A DNA stretch of 63,937 nt, the filler included, from Vicugna vicugna (taxonomy: Eukaryota): the NCBI GenBank assembly GCA_013265495.1. It is 76 parts of 74 records of this genome, joined end to end, with 100 filler letters (N's around TTAATTAATTAA, not from the genome) between each part and the next. Parts side by side here need not be neighbours in the genome. Positions count along the whole stretch, not along the records: positions 13,490 to 14,225 come from MU062196.1; positions 14,326 to 15,144 come from MU062197.1; positions 15,245 to 16,184 come from PNXW01022870.1; positions 16,285 to 17,099 come from MU062201.1; positions 17,200 to 17,782 come from PNXW01022880.1; positions 17,883 to 18,580 come from MU062204.1; positions 18,681 to 19,300 come from PNXW01022889.1; positions 19,401 to 20,532 come from MU062206.1; 68 more parts are not named here. The stretch is one strand, 5' to 3'. The position numbers and the translations under genes were made by a program. A model generated the notes under the pieces. That model had not been told where the DNA came from, searched no databases, and saw nothing but the letters and a program-made list of their open reading frames with translations. Below, piece after piece: positions 13,490 through 26,397 of this stretch; position 1 is the first letter of the stretch, and every line of letters starts with the position of its first letter.

Positions 13490-14225
13490 AAATTCTGTGT
13501 TCTGCATTCTATGTTCTAAGTTCTATCATCATTACACTGTATTATATATATTAATTTCTGTGTTATGCATTTCATGTTCTAAATTCTGGGTTCTATTATC
13601 TATATTCTATATTCTATATCTGTGTCCTACATTTGTATTCTAAATACTATATTCAGCTTTCTGTATTCTACATTCTATATTCTGTGTTCTACATTCTATA
13701 TTCAAAATTCGATATTCAGTATTCTGTATTATATATTCTAAATTCTGAGTTCTACATTCTATATTCTAAATTGTATATTCATTCTTATATATTCTATATT
13801 CTAAATACTGAGGTCTGATTTCCATGTTCCAAAATCTGGCTTCAATATTCTCTAAGCTATATTTTTTATTCTGTTTTCTACATTCTATTTTCNNNNNNNN
13901 NNNNNNNNNNNNNTATATTCTACATTCTGTGATCTACATTCAATTTTTTAATTGTATATTAAGTATTCTGTATTCTATAATCTAAATTCTGTGTTCTGCA
14001 TTCCATGTTCTAAATTCTGGGATCTATATTCTCTTTTCTATTTTCTATATTCTGTGTTCTACATTGTATATTCTAAATTCTATAATCAGCATTCTGTATT
14101 CTATATTCTAAATTCTGTGTTCTGGATTCCACGTTTTAAATTCTGGGTTCTGTATAGTCTATTATATATCCTGTTTTCTACATTCTATATTCAAAATCCT
14201 ACATTCAGTATTCCGTATTTATATT
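13490..14225. repeat. Satellite family C
   Basis: Heptamer variants; attccaYgtt landmarks at 14000 and 14126 are 126 bp (18x7) apart. Confidence 0.9.
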
Positions 14226-14325
14226 NNNNNNNNNNNNNNNNNNNNNNNNNNNNNNNNNNNNNNNNNNNNTTAATTAATTAANNNNNNNNNNNNNNNNNNN
14301 NNNNNNNNNNNNNNNNNNNNNNNNN

Positions 14326-15144
14326 CAACTGAAGAGAAACTTTGTGTTCCCAACAAGCTAAGTGAAGGACTGCTTTCACACTCGCAAAACTCTCAAAACT
14401 GAGCATGTGGCGAGAAGATTGTTCATCTAGCACAAAGGGAACAGGTTGCAGGAGAAACACTTACTCTGGTTTCTCAGACTGTTTCCTAGTGCCGGTTTGA
14501 AGTTCCTGCAGTTTTCACTGTAAAACCGAGTTGGAGCTTGTACCACCCCATACTTANNNNNNNNNNNNNNNNNNNNNNNNNNNNNNNNNNNNNNNNNNNN
14601 NNNNNNNNNNNNNNNNNNNNNNNNNNNNNNNNNNNNNNNNNNNNNNNNNNNNNNNNNNNNNNNNNNNNNNNNNNNNNNNNNNNNNNNNNNNNNNNNNNNN
14701 NNNNNNNNNNNNNNNNNNNNNNNNNNNNNNNNNNNNNNNNNNNNNNNNNNNNNNNNNNNNNNNNNNNNNNNNNNNNNNNNNNNNNNNNNNNNNNNNNNNN
14801 NNNNNNNNNNNNNNNNNNNNNNNNNNNNNNNNNNNNNNNNNNNNNNNNNNNNNNNNNNNNNNNNNNNNNNNNNNNNNNNNNNNNNNNNNNNNNNNNNNNN
14901 NNNNNNNNNNNNNNNNNNNNNNNNNNNNNNNNNNNNNNNNNNNNNNNNNNNNNNNNAACACTTACTTTCTCAGTCTGTTTCCTAGTGCAGGTTTGATGTT
15001 CCTGCCGTTTTCACTGTAAAACCGAGTTGGAGCTTGTACCTCTCAATACATAAGTATGGAGTGGTGTCAGAAACTGAAGAGAAACTTTGTGTTCCCAAAA
15101 AGCTAGGGGAAGGAAGGCTTTCACACACGCTTAACTCTCAAAAC
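14326..15144. repeat. Satellite family B
   Basis: ttgcaggagaaacacttactctggtttctcag...gttttcactgtaaaaccgagttggagcttgtacc. Confidence 0.95.
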
Positions 15145-15244
15145 NNNNNNNNNNNNNNNNNNNNNNNNNNNNNNNNNNNNNNNNNNNNTTAATTAATTAA
15201 NNNNNNNNNNNNNNNNNNNNNNNNNNNNNNNNNNNNNNNNNNNN

Positions 15245-16184
15245 TCTTCAGTCACAAGTGTTCCTTGTTAAGGGGAAGTTCGAGAAATATCTTCCCTGAA
15301 ATTATGGAGGCAGCGGCTGACCCTGGGATGTCCTGCAAACACCCCTAGGATTCCCTGGCAGCCAGACATTTGGAAAAGCCTTAGGGGAGAAGTGATTATT
15401 TATTCTGTTAGAACCCACACGGTGCCAACCGATGGTGGAACCTCCCCATGCTCAAGATTCCGGAACCATTCTCACTGCGTGGGGGAGCTCGAGAGACAAC
15501 TCCACGAGCTCTCTTCAGTCACAAGTGTTCCTTGTTAAGGGGAAGTTCGAGAAATATCTTCCCTGAAATTATGGAGGCAGCGGCTGACCCTGGGATGTCC
15601 TGCAAACACCCCTAGCATTCCCTGGCAGAGAGACATTAGGAAAACACTTAGGGTAGACCAGATTAGGTATTCCGTTACAACCCACGCACTGCCGACCGTT
15701 GATGGAACCTCCCCACCCTCAGGATACCGGAACCATTGTCAGTGCGTGGGGGAGCTCGAGAGACAACTCCACGAGCTCTCTTCAGTCACAGGTGTTCCCT
15801 GTTATGGGGAAGTCTGAGAAATATCTTCCCTGACCTTGGGGAGGTAGCTGCTGACAGTGGGCATTCCAGCGCAGATCCCTAGCATTTCTGGGAAGCCAGA
15901 TATTAGGAAAACCCTCAGGGGAGACGATCATAGGCATTCCGTTAACACACGGGCTGACGACAGTTGTTGGAACCTTCCCACGCTCAGGATTCCAGAAACA
16001 TTCTCAGTGCGTGGGGGAGCTCGAGAAGCCACAGGTGTTCCCTGTTAGGGGGAAATCCGAGAAATATCTTCCCTGACCTTGGTGTGTCAGCCGCTGACCC
16101 TGGGCATTCAGCGCAGATCCTTAGAATTTCCTGGAAGCCAGACATTAGGAAAACCCTCAGGGGACACGAGCTTATGCATTCCGT
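15245..16184. repeat. Satellite family A (267-bp monomer), divergent subtype
   Basis: tcttcagtcac at 15245 and 15512 gives period 267; there is an internal deletion near 16027. Confidence 0.95.
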
Positions 16185-16284
16185 NNNNNNNNNNNNNNNN
16201 NNNNNNNNNNNNNNNNNNNNNNNNNNNNTTAATTAATTAANNNNNNNNNNNNNNNNNNNNNNNNNNNNNNNNNNNNNNNNNNNN

Positions 16285-16560
16285 GCCTATTGGGATTCCA
16301 CCTCCTTTGGACGCTGTGTACTTCCTGAAATCGAATAGATGATTCTTCCTTGGCTTTCAGCATGTTTCTGTCTGATTTTTCTACAGATAAATTTTCAGAT
16401 ATTTTATGTTTCTTTATCTCTTGCTTTTCCATCTGGGACTATTTTGAATTCTAGTCTTTCATGCCCTGTCTTAACCCAGGATTCAACAGCAATGTTTTAA
16501 TTGGTTTGCACTTGCTTTCCTATGTCTGCTTCTGACCGAGGGATTTCTGTTCCCCTGTTT
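16285..16560 (-). mobile_element. Degenerate LINE-1 ORF1 fragment
   Basis: Minus-strand translation ...ENLS...FQEVHSVQRRWNPNR resembles the ORF1p ENFP...IQEAQRVP..INP.R region. Confidence 0.6.
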
Positions 16561-17309
16561 TCACAGTCATTCACGCTTCCCTCTGCATTATGTAGTCTGC
16601 TAAGTGCTGAATTTTAGCTCTGATATTATCACATCCATTGAGTTTTCTGATATTTTTTGGCTCGTCTTTAGACTTTCTCTTCCCCTTTTCTGGTATTCTG
16701 CCTTTGGTGATTCTGAGACACTGTTGTTCTTCAGTGTTTTCCTGACCACCATTTTCAACACTTGGTCTGGATAGCGTTTTGCAGTCTAGTTGTTTGAAAG
16801 CTTATCTTTTGGGCCTTCAATATCTTTGGAACTGAAAATGGTACTTCCTGTNNNNNNNNNNNNNNNNNNNNNNNNNNNNNNNNNNNNNNNNNNNNNNNNN
16901 NNNNNNNNNNNNNNNNNNNNNNNNNNNNNNNNNNNNNAAAATTTTAGTGGCTCTACGCAATTCCATGGGATTTCTGTGAGGACAATTTCTCCTAGACATT
17001 GATGCCATATCCTGTTTCTGTGTGTGTTATCCTGTATATCTCCAATTGCTGGTATTGCATTTGTTGTGATAAACAACCCATACTATTTCGAGTAGCATAN
17101 NNNNNNNNNNNNNNNNNNNNNNNNNNNNNNNNNNNNNNNNNNNTTAATTAATTAANNNNNNNNNNNNNNNNNNNNNNNNNNNNNNNNNNNNNNNNNNNNT
17201 ATTTTATTTAATTATGTCCTGTCCTTTCACCTGTCTTCCCTTTAGTAACAAGTTTGTTTAAAATTTTGTTACAACTTTTGTTTGTAAGAATATTTTATAA
17301 GATTGAGAT

Positions 17310-17782
17310 GTTTCTTATTTACATAAGAGGGATTATTTTGCTATAAACATCCCTATTAATACTGTTTTTGTTATACACCATGGATTTTGTTTCTGTTGTC
17401 ATTTGTCTTTATATATTTTTTCTTTGATTTATACAGCAATCCATTTTTTGCTAATATTTTATGATTTATTTTCCATACTTTAGTTTTTTTCTCAGGTTTT
17501 TCCCTTTAGTAAATTTCTATTCTCACAGAATCCATAAGTTTCTTCACAAAACAAAGAGAAAATAATAAAATTTATACATACATCTGAAACACCCAAATTT
17601 TCTAAAATTATTTATAAAATGAACAAAGATGTGGTTATTACCCTCCCTGATTTTATAACATACTACAAAGCTACAGTAATCAATACATTAAAATATGGCA
17701 CTTAAAAAAAAGAAACACATAGATCAATGGAACAAAGTAAAGAGTCCAAAAATTAACCCACACACATATGGTCAATTAGTCT
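17310..17782. mobile_element. LINE-1 ORF2 fragments in opposite orientations (- then +)
   Basis: 17310-17525 resembles antisense early ORF2 (gctataaacatccctattaatactg). 17538-17782 is sense late ORF2 (catactacaaagctacagtaatcaa...catagatcaatggaaca). Confidence 0.8.
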
Positions 17783-17882
17783 NNNNNNNNNNNNNNNNNN
17801 NNNNNNNNNNNNNNNNNNNNNNNNNNTTAATTAATTAANNNNNNNNNNNNNNNNNNNNNNNNNNNNNNNNNNNNNNNNNNNN

Positions 17883-18580
17883 AGGGTTTTCCTAATTTCA
17901 CTGTGCCAGGGAATGCTAGGGGTGATTTCAAGTTATCCAAGTGACCGAGGCTGCCTCCCAAAGTCAGGGAAGGTTTTTCTCGGACTTCCCCGAACAGGGA
18001 ACTCCTGTGACTGAAGAGAGCTGCGTGGAGGTGTCTCTCGAGCTCCCCCACGCACTGACAACGGTTCCGGAATCTTGAGAGAGGGGAGGTTGCACCAACG
18101 GTCGGCAGGGCGTGGGTTCTAACAGAATTCCTATGCTCGTCTCCCCTTTGGGTTTTCCTAATGTCTCTGTGCCAGGGAATGCTAGGGGTGATTGCAGGAT
18201 ATCCCAGTGCCCGAGGCTGCCTCCCCAAAGTCAGGGAAGTTATTTCTCGGACTTCCCCNNNNNNNNNNNNNNNNNNNNNNNNNNNNNNNNNNNNNNNNNN
18301 NNNNNNNNNNNNNNNNNNNNNNNNNNNNNNNNNNNNNNNNNNNNNNNNNNNNNNNNNNNNNNNNNNNNNNNNNNNNNNNNNNNNNNNNNNNNNNNNNNNN
18401 NNNNNNNNNNNNNNNNNNNNNNNNNNNCAGGGAATGCTAGGGGTGATTGCAGGATATCCCAGTGGCCGACGCTGCCTCCCCAAGTTCAGGGAAGTTATTT
18501 CTCGAACTTCCCCTGACAGGGAACTCCTGTGAATTAAGTGAGCTGCGTGGAGTTTTCTCTCGAGCTCCCCAACGCACTGA
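17883..18580. repeat. Satellite family A
   Basis: gccagggaatgctaggggtgattgcaggatatccc and ctcgagctcccc motifs. Confidence 0.95.
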
Positions 18581-18749
18581 NNNNNNNNNNNNNNNNNNNN
18601 NNNNNNNNNNNNNNNNNNNNNNNNTTAATTAATTAANNNNNNNNNNNNNNNNNNNNNNNNNNNNNNNNNNNNNNNNNNNNTGCTGATGCTCTGCCAGAGG
18701 GTGGGGCCGAGGGGAGACGGCGGGTACTGCCCTCCCTGAGCTGACAGTT

Positions 18750-19200
18750 TGATTGCAAAGACCTTCACCAAGTGAAGAAGTTGGGGTTTCTTCTAAGAAC
18801 AGTGGGTTTGAAAAGTGTCCAAAAAGGGTGTTAGTGACACAATCCCATTTGTCTCAAGTAGGGGAGAGCAGCTGAGGGGCTACTTGGGAGACTCGTGAGT
18901 CCAGGTGGGCAGTGTTGGTGGCTTCCTCTTGAGCAGTGGGACGGTCAGTGGGTAAAAGCGAACAGATTGAAGGCATGTTTTGATGGTAAAAAGGAAAGGA
19001 TGAATGCTGTCTGTGAAGGTAGGATGGAGTAAGGCCCAGGTTTCTGTGTGAATTAATGAGGTAAATGATGGTCCTGCTGTGCTCTGAGGAGGGAAAGCTG
19101 CAGCGGGAGCTCTGGGCTAAATCTGATTAGTTCAGCTGTGGGTAAAGTGAAAGGCTGTTAGTTGTCTGGTCTTGGAGCTCAGGTGAGAGCCCGTAGTGAG
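18750..19200 (-). mobile_element. L2 LINE fragment
   Basis: cccaggtttctgtgtgaattaatgaggtaaatgatggt...tggagctcaggtgagag resembles antisense L2. Confidence 0.6.
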
Positions 19201-19400
19201 TCGGGGGGAGGGAGGTGAGAGAGACTTTCAGATCATTTTGTCTTGTGAACATACAAATAAGTATGAGTAATGATACACTTACGACTCTATATTCTGGATT
19301 NNNNNNNNNNNNNNNNNNNNNNNNNNNNNNNNNNNNNNNNNNNNTTAATTAATTAANNNNNNNNNNNNNNNNNNNNNNNNNNNNNNNNNNNNNNNNNNNN

Positions 19401-20532
19401 GGGAAGTTTTTTCTCGGACTTCCCCGAACAGAGAACACCTGTGACCTAAGACAGCTGCGTGGAGTTGTCTCTCGAGCTCCCCGATGCACTGACAATGGTT
19501 CCGGAATCCTGAGCGTGGGGAGGTTCCACCAACGGTCGGCAGCGCGTGGGTTCTAATGGAATGCCTAAGCTCGTCTCCCCTGAGNNNNNNNNNNNNNNNN
19601 NNNNNNNNNNNNNNNNNNNNNNNNNNNNNNNNNNNNNNNNNNNNNNNNNNNNNNNNNNNNNNNNNNNNNNNNNNNNNNNNNNNNNNNNNNNNNNNNNNNN
19701 NNNNNNNNNNNNNNNNNNNNNNNNNNNNNNNNNNNNNNNNNNNNNNNNNNNNNNNNNNNNNNNNNNNNNNNNNNNNNNNNNNNNNNNNNNNNNNNNNNNN
19801 NNNNNNNNNNNNNNNNNNNNNNNNNNNNNNNNNNNNNNNNNNNNNNNNNNNNNNNNNNNNNNNNNNNNNNNNNNNNNNNNNNNNNNNNNNNNNNNNNNNN
19901 NNNNNNNNNNNNNNNNNNNNNNNNNNNNNNNNNNNNNNNNNNNNNNNNNNNNNNNNNNNNNNNNNNNNNNNNNNNNNNNNNNNNNNNNNNNNNNNNNNNN
20001 NNNNNNNNNNNNNNNNNNNNNNNNNNNNNNNNNNNNNNNNNNNNNNNNNNNNNNNNNNNNNNNNNNNNNNNNNNNNNNNNNNNNNNNNNNNNNNNNNNNN
20101 NNNNNNNNNNNNNNNNNNNNNNNNNNNNNNNNNNNNNNNNNNNNNNNNNNNNNNNNNNNNNNNNNNNNNNNNNNNNNNNNNNNNNNNNNNNNNNNNNNNN
20201 NNNNNNNNNNNNNNNNNNNNNNNNNNNNNNNNNNNNNNNNNNNNNNNNNNNNNNNNNNNNNNNNNNNNNNNNNNNNNNNNNNNNNNNNNNNNNNNNNNNN
20301 NNNNNNNNNNNNNNNNNNNNNNNNNNTCGGCAGTGCGTAGGTTCTATCGGAATGCCTAAGCTCGTCTCCCCTGAGGGTTTTCCTAATGTCTCTGTGCCAG
20401 GGAATGCTAGGGGTGATTGCAGGATATCCCAGTGACAGAGGCTGCCCCCCCAACGTCAGGGAATTTATTTCTCGTACTTCCCCGAATATGGAACACCTGT
20501 GACTGAAGGGAGCTGCGTGGAGTTGTCTCTCG
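19401..20532. repeat. Satellite family A
   Basis: Monomer motifs on both sides of the gap. Confidence 0.95.
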
Positions 20533-20659
20533 NNNNNNNNNNNNNNNNNNNNNNNNNNNNNNNNNNNNNNNNNNNNTTAATTAATTAANNNNNNNNNNNN
20601 NNNNNNNNNNNNNNNNNNNNNNNNNNNNNNNNGATGGATTCACCATCCTAAATTCAGCC

Positions 20660-21329
20660 ACCATGGATTGTTTTTTTGCTTTTGAAATTTTTAGTCCCGT
20701 ATATTCCACTCAACATTACGTAAGATTCATCCACTAGTGTTTTCTGTAAACTAGTATATTTATTTTTATTGCTTTAAAGTATACAACTTGTATGCATGTG
20801 CCACCACTTACGGTTNNNNNNNNNNNNNNNNNNNNNNNNNNNNNNNNNNNNNNNNNNNNNNNNNNNNNNNNNNNNNNNNNNNNNNNNNNNNNNNNNNNNN
20901 NNNNNNNNNNNNNNNNNNNNNNNNNNNNNNNNNNNNNNNNNNNNNNNNNNNNNNNNNNNNNNNNNNNNNNNNNNNNNNNNNNNNNNNNNNNNNNNNNNNN
21001 NNNNNNNNNNNNNNNNNNNNNNNNNNNNNNNNNNNNNNNNNNNNNNNNNNNNNNNNNNNNNNNNNNNNNNNNNNNNNNNNNNNNNNNNNNNNNNNNNNNN
21101 NNNNNNNNNNNNNNNNNNNNNNNNNNNTCTAGTGGATGTCTAATGGTGTTCCAAGTGTGGTTTTAGTACGTATTTTTATTATTACTAAAGAGCTCAGCCA
21201 CTTTTCATAGCTTATTTGGATTTTTCTTTTTGTGTGTGAAGCACCTGTTCAATTTCTTTGCACATTTTAATATTGAGGTTTTCTCTTTTTCTCCACTGGT
21301 TTTTGTTCTCTATATGCCCTAGATACAAG
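20660..21329 (-). mobile_element. Old L1M fragment
   Basis: gtggttttagtacgtatttttattattactaaagagctcagccacttttcatagcttatt...acctgttcaatttctttgcacatttt resembles antisense L1 3' ORF2. Confidence 0.55.
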
Positions 21330-23441
21330 NNNNNNNNNNNNNNNNNNNNNNNNNNNNNNNNNNNNNNNNNNNNTTAATTAATTAANNNNNNNNNNNNNNN
21401 NNNNNNNNNNNNNNNNNNNNNNNNNNNNNCAGACCACAATGGCCCTGTCTTGAGTCAGGCCCATGGGTGTGTGCCCAAGGGAGCCTTCCAGGCCCAGAGT
21501 AGCCCTGCCCTCAGGATGTGACCATGATCCATTACCAGCACCTGACACAGAGGCCCTGCCCCACCTACCCCGCCCCAAAGAGCTACCACAGCCTGGTTGG
21601 GGGGTGGGGCTGAGCCCTTTCACACAGGCCTCACACACCACCTCCTGAACTGGGAGGGGCCCACACCCACCCCTCTCCATCCAGGTGGAGCCTCCACTCC
21701 TATGGGGACCAGTGCCACGCCCTGTCACCGCCTCTGCTCAGGCAAGGGGCTCCCAGGAGGGGCCAGCCCCAGGGAAGCTTGAAGCTCGCCCACCCACCTC
21801 CCTGCACTTGGCTGTCACCACACAGAGAACACACAAGGCCAGGCCTTGCCCTGTGGCCCAGGGTGGCCACAAACAGGCTCCCTTTCCTACAGGCCCACCC
21901 CCTTGGGCTTCCTCCCTCCCCAAGGAAGCCAGCCTGAGTGCCTGAGGGGCGCACCTTGCAACCACCTGGTTTCANNNNNNNNNNNNNNNNNNNNNNNNNN
22001 NNNNNNNNNNNNNNNNNNNNNNNNNNNNNNNNNNNNNNNNNNNNNNNNNNNNNNNNNNNNNNNNNNNNNNNNNNNNNNNNNNNNNNNNNNNNNNNNNNNN
22101 NNNNNNNNNNNNNNNNNNNNNNNNNNNNNNNNNNNNNNNNNNNNNNNNNNNNNNNNNNNNNNNNNNNNNNNNNNNNNNNNNNNNNNNNNNNNNNNNNNNN
22201 NNNNNNNNNNNNNNNNNNNNNNNNNNNNNNNNNNNNNNNNNNNNNNNNNNNNNNNNNNNNNNNNNNNNNNNNNNNNNNNNNNNNNNNNNNNNNNNNNNNN
22301 NNNNNNNNNNNNNNNNNNNNNNNNNNNNNNNNNNNNNNNNNNNNNNNNNNNNNNNNNNNNNGCAGAATAAAATTCTGACCCTGTTGGGAGACATGTGACA
22401 AGCCTTGCGTCTCTAAGGCAACTTCTGGATTCTACATGCTAAATTCCAATACATGTGACACAAGTTAAAATTCTCAGATGGGCAGAAAAATAAGACTACA
22501 TCTCAAAGGGCGCTTTTTCACAAAAATAAGACAGAANNNNNNNNNNNNNNNNNNNNNNNNNNNNNNNNNNNNNNNNNNNNTTAATTAATTAANNNNNNNN
22601 NNNNNNNNNNNNNNNNNNNNNNNNNNNNNNNNNNNNTGCGGGTGTATAAACCTACATTAAATGTTTGCAATGGCACTGTCTATTCTGGACAAAGCTCTGA
22701 TTCTAAAAAATAAATTTATTAGAAGTCAGCATAGTTATTCATATGGGGAAGAGAATCAGCAATTTTGGTGTGGGTGGGTGATGAAGAGACAGGAAAAAAT
22801 GCAGCAAATGGAAATTTAGTGCTTTTCGCTTCTGGAGGTTTGAATTAAGAAGAAAATAATACTTTGTCTCCTGTACCTACATCCACTTACTGTCTTGAGT
22901 GACTAGTCCTTGGGCTATGAAAAGAGCTAGTTTGTGGTGAAGAGTAAAGACCATAACGAAATAGTTTGAAAACCATGAGAGTTTTGTTGTTTCAGGAAAG
23001 TAGATTTTGCTTAAAAAGTCAACATATATTTTTCATTCACTAAATAATAAAATGCATTCTGTGGCATGTGCTGTGCTATCTGTGCCGGTATCCAAGTTAG
23101 ACAAGGAAGGGGGGATAGACAGAAAACATCTGGAGAGGTGGTTTCTGTGCTGAGACTGGGAAAGTCTAAGTAGGTAAAATGAGAACACCCTAAGCACAAG
23201 GATGAGCTGAAGCAAAAGTGGTGAGTTTGCAGCTAATATAGTTGACAAGCATTTGCCTGGATGTATATACAGATACAGTGAAACATTAAGATATGCCAAG
23301 GTACTCAGATGCCGAATTTATAAAGAAATAACAAAACTAAGNNNNNNNNNNNNNNNNNNNNNNNNNNNNNNNNNNNNNNNNNNNNTTAATTAATTAANNN
23401 NNNNNNNNNNNNNNNNNNNNNNNNNNNNNNNNNNNNNNNNN

Positions 23442-23904
23442 TCCCTGAGCCAAAGATAGGACAATTATGCAGCACTTCTTGAGGACGGAGGAGTGGTTTT
23501 TATGGTTCTCAAAGAATGAATCCCAGGGAACCGGGATGGCCAGTTGTCAAACTGAGACTTTGCTCTTTGAACGGTGTACCCACCAAGGGTATTGGCCTTT
23601 TATATGTTTCCATTTCTCTTTAATACATGTCTGTTGATGAGGACATGGGCACAAGTGTTTGACACCTTGTCGAGGCGACTTTGGTTACCTGCCTAGAAGC
23701 ACGGGAACAGTTGTGGCTGCGTCATACATTTTGCAGCCCATCCGTTTCCCCGGCTCCGTGATCACGGCAGAATGGTTCCTTGTTGACCTGTCCATCTCCT
23801 CTGTGACAACATAAACCATGAAAATACCGGAGCATATTAACTTGGCTTTGTTAAAATCAAAGAACAGATCAAATATGGAGTAAGATTTGCCCTTTCCTAT
23901 TTCA
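23442..23904 (-). mobile_element. ERV LTR fragment (5' part of LTR)
   Basis: Minus strand starts TGAAATAGGAAAGGGCAAATCTTACTCCATATTTGATCTGTT (TG terminus plus a CTCCATATT motif typical of ERV1-class LTRs); TATA-like catataaaagg near 23600. Confidence 0.65.
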
Positions 23905-24159
23905 GTAGTGCCATGGAGAAGGCAGTTTGGGCAGCTTTTTGTAGTGTCCTGGAGGCTTTCTCTCTCAGCTTCTGGGTGCCTCTATTGAAAACCCTTCATT
24001 GCTGTCTGGCCTGCTGGTAATGCACACTGCCTGTTTTGCCCTGAAGATGTGTTCTGTTTATAAACTCATCTCTACTCCTTGGAAAACAACTCAAGAAAAA
24101 CTCAGTTGGTTTTCCACGAGCCATGGGCAGTGGTGAGGTATACCATGTTATTATTTCAT

Positions 24160-24216
24160 AAAATAAGAATAATAGTAATAATAATAATTATAATAATTAA
24201 TAATAATAATAATAAA
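24160..24216. repeat. Imperfect (AAT)n microsatellite
   Basis: ataagaataatagtaataataataattataataattaataataataataataaa. Confidence 0.9.
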
Positions 24217-24989
24217 AGAAGTCTTAAAACAGCACTGAGCACNNNNNNNNNNNNNNNNNNNNNNNNNNNNNNNNNNNNNNNNNNNNTTAATTAATTAANN
24301 NNNNNNNNNNNNNNNNNNNNNNNNNNNNNNNNNNNNNNNNNNTGCAGGTTCTAACTGGGGAGTGGAGATAACTTATTTGGAAACAGAATTAACAACCCAA
24401 GAAATAATGGAGGTGACCTTTTACGAGTCTGTTGATTGGAGGTTAGAAACCTGGAGAAGAAATTCGTCTTGGTGTAGACTGTTTCATACAACTTTATTTA
24501 AAGTAATGCAAAGGGATGTATTATACTTAAAACTCTAAAGTAAAATAAATGTTTTAATTGTGTAGAATTACAGGAAAATGCTAGGTAAATTCAGTAAAAN
24601 NNNNNNNNNNNNNNNNNNNNNNNNNACTCTAAAGTAAATGTTTTAATTGTGTAGAATTACAGGAAAATGCTAGGTAAATTCAGTAAAAATGAACCTTTAC
24701 CCTTAATTCAAAACAGTAAAGAAAATAGTCAAGATATATTTAAATAAAATGTAAAGAATGTTCCTAATAGAAAGATAGGATTCATTATAATAATCTCACC
24801 CAACAAATCTGAAACTGAAAGAAAAGACCAGCTAAANNNNNNNNNNNNNNNNNNNNNNNNNNNNNNNNNNNNNNNNNNNNTTAATTAATTAANNNNNNNN
24901 NNNNNNNNNNNNNNNNNNNNNNNNNNNNNNNNNNNNAGAGGTGGCACTTTAAGAGAATGTTAGCAAACCATCTAGATATTTAGAAAATT

Positions 24990-25240
24990 ATGAAGCCTTT
25001 ATCTTGGCGTTCATATTCATCATAATCATCTAAAGGCAATCATACAGTTGATGAGGAAAATTAACTCTTTATGTTACTATTCACAGCAATAAAAGTAAAG
25101 AATGGTAGAATTAGGAAATCACCATTTTGCAGCCTCTAAGGAATAAATGGATGGAGACAATAGTCATGAGTAGCTGAGGACAACATACAAATATGGAAGA
25201 CCATGGTGGAAGAACACACCACTATCTATGAAGTAGTTTT
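24990..25240 (+). mobile_element. L1MC-type 3' UTR fragment
   Basis: gaattaggaaatcaccattttgcagcc...gaacacaccactatctatgaagtag. Confidence 0.6.
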
Positions 25241-25731
25241 GTGGCTTGAGATACATAGATAAAGAGTCACTATAGATTAAGCATGGATATGGACAAAGAC
25301 ATAGAGACAGATACACAATTTTCCTGCATTTCTACAAGTTGGTGCTTAGATTCAGAGGCTTGAACAAACTTAACCTCTCTCACTCAAATGTACTTCTTAA
25401 ATAACCTAAGAATATTATCAATTATTTAATTATAGTGATTGAATTTATTTATTATATGCTCTTATGCTGACAAATACAAGTTTAAAATGTATTTTTTTAA
25501 GTTGTGTAATAATTGATTTTACCTCAACTGGACAGATCATATATGAACCTAAAATTGCAATTTTTTTATGATTAACTCTGTTCATTATCACATTCTGTCA
25601 TAATTTCAGTTGGCCATCTAGGGTAGACATGNNNNNNNNNNNNNNNNNNNNNNNNNNNNNNNNNNNNNNNNNNNNTTAATTAATTAANNNNNNNNNNNNN
25701 NNNNNNNNNNNNNNNNNNNNNNNNNNNNNNN

Positions 25732-26297
25732 GAGATCTGACCTAAAGGCTGTACAAAACAGGCTAGATAATGCAGAAGAACGAATAATTTACCTAGAAGA
25801 CAGGGCAACAGAAATCACCCAATCAGAACAGCTGAGAGAAAAGCAAATAAAAAACAATGAAAACAATATAAGGGACCTATGGGATAATAGAAAGCATGCC
25901 AATCTATGCATAATAGTGGTTCCAGAAGGGGAAGAAAGAACAAAAGGGATTGAAAAGGTATTGTATTNNNNNNNNNNNNNNNNNNNNNNNNNNNNNNNNN
26001 NNNNNNNNNNNNNNNNNNNNNNNNNNNNNNNNNNNNNNNNNNNGGCTCCCAAAAGAACTGAAACAGACCCACACCAAGACATATCCTAATCATGATGGCC
26101 AGGGTCCAGTATAAAGAAGTGATCCTAAAGGCAGCAAGAGGAAAACAAATAGTGAGTTACAAGGGAACCCCTCATAAGGCTCTCAGCTGATTTATGTACA
26201 CAAACACTACAGGCCAAAGGGAGTGGCAAGATATATTCAACGTCTTGAGTGCAAAAATAGCTGCAGCCTAGGATACTTTATCCAGCAAGGCTATCAT
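25732..26297 (+). mobile_element. LINE-1 ORF1 fragment (frameshifted)
   Basis: Translates RLDNAEERIIYLEDRATEITQSEQLREKQIKNNENNIRDLWDNRKHANLCIIVVPEGEE, then RPTPRHILI...ILKAARGKQIVSYKGTP / IRLSAD / LQPRILYPARLS, which are hallmark ORF1p motifs. Confidence 0.97.
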
Positions 26298-26397
26298 NNN
26301 NNNNNNNNNNNNNNNNNNNNNNNNNNNNNNNNNNNNNNNNNTTAATTAATTAANNNNNNNNNNNNNNNNNNNNNNNNNNNNNNNNNNNNNNNNNNNN

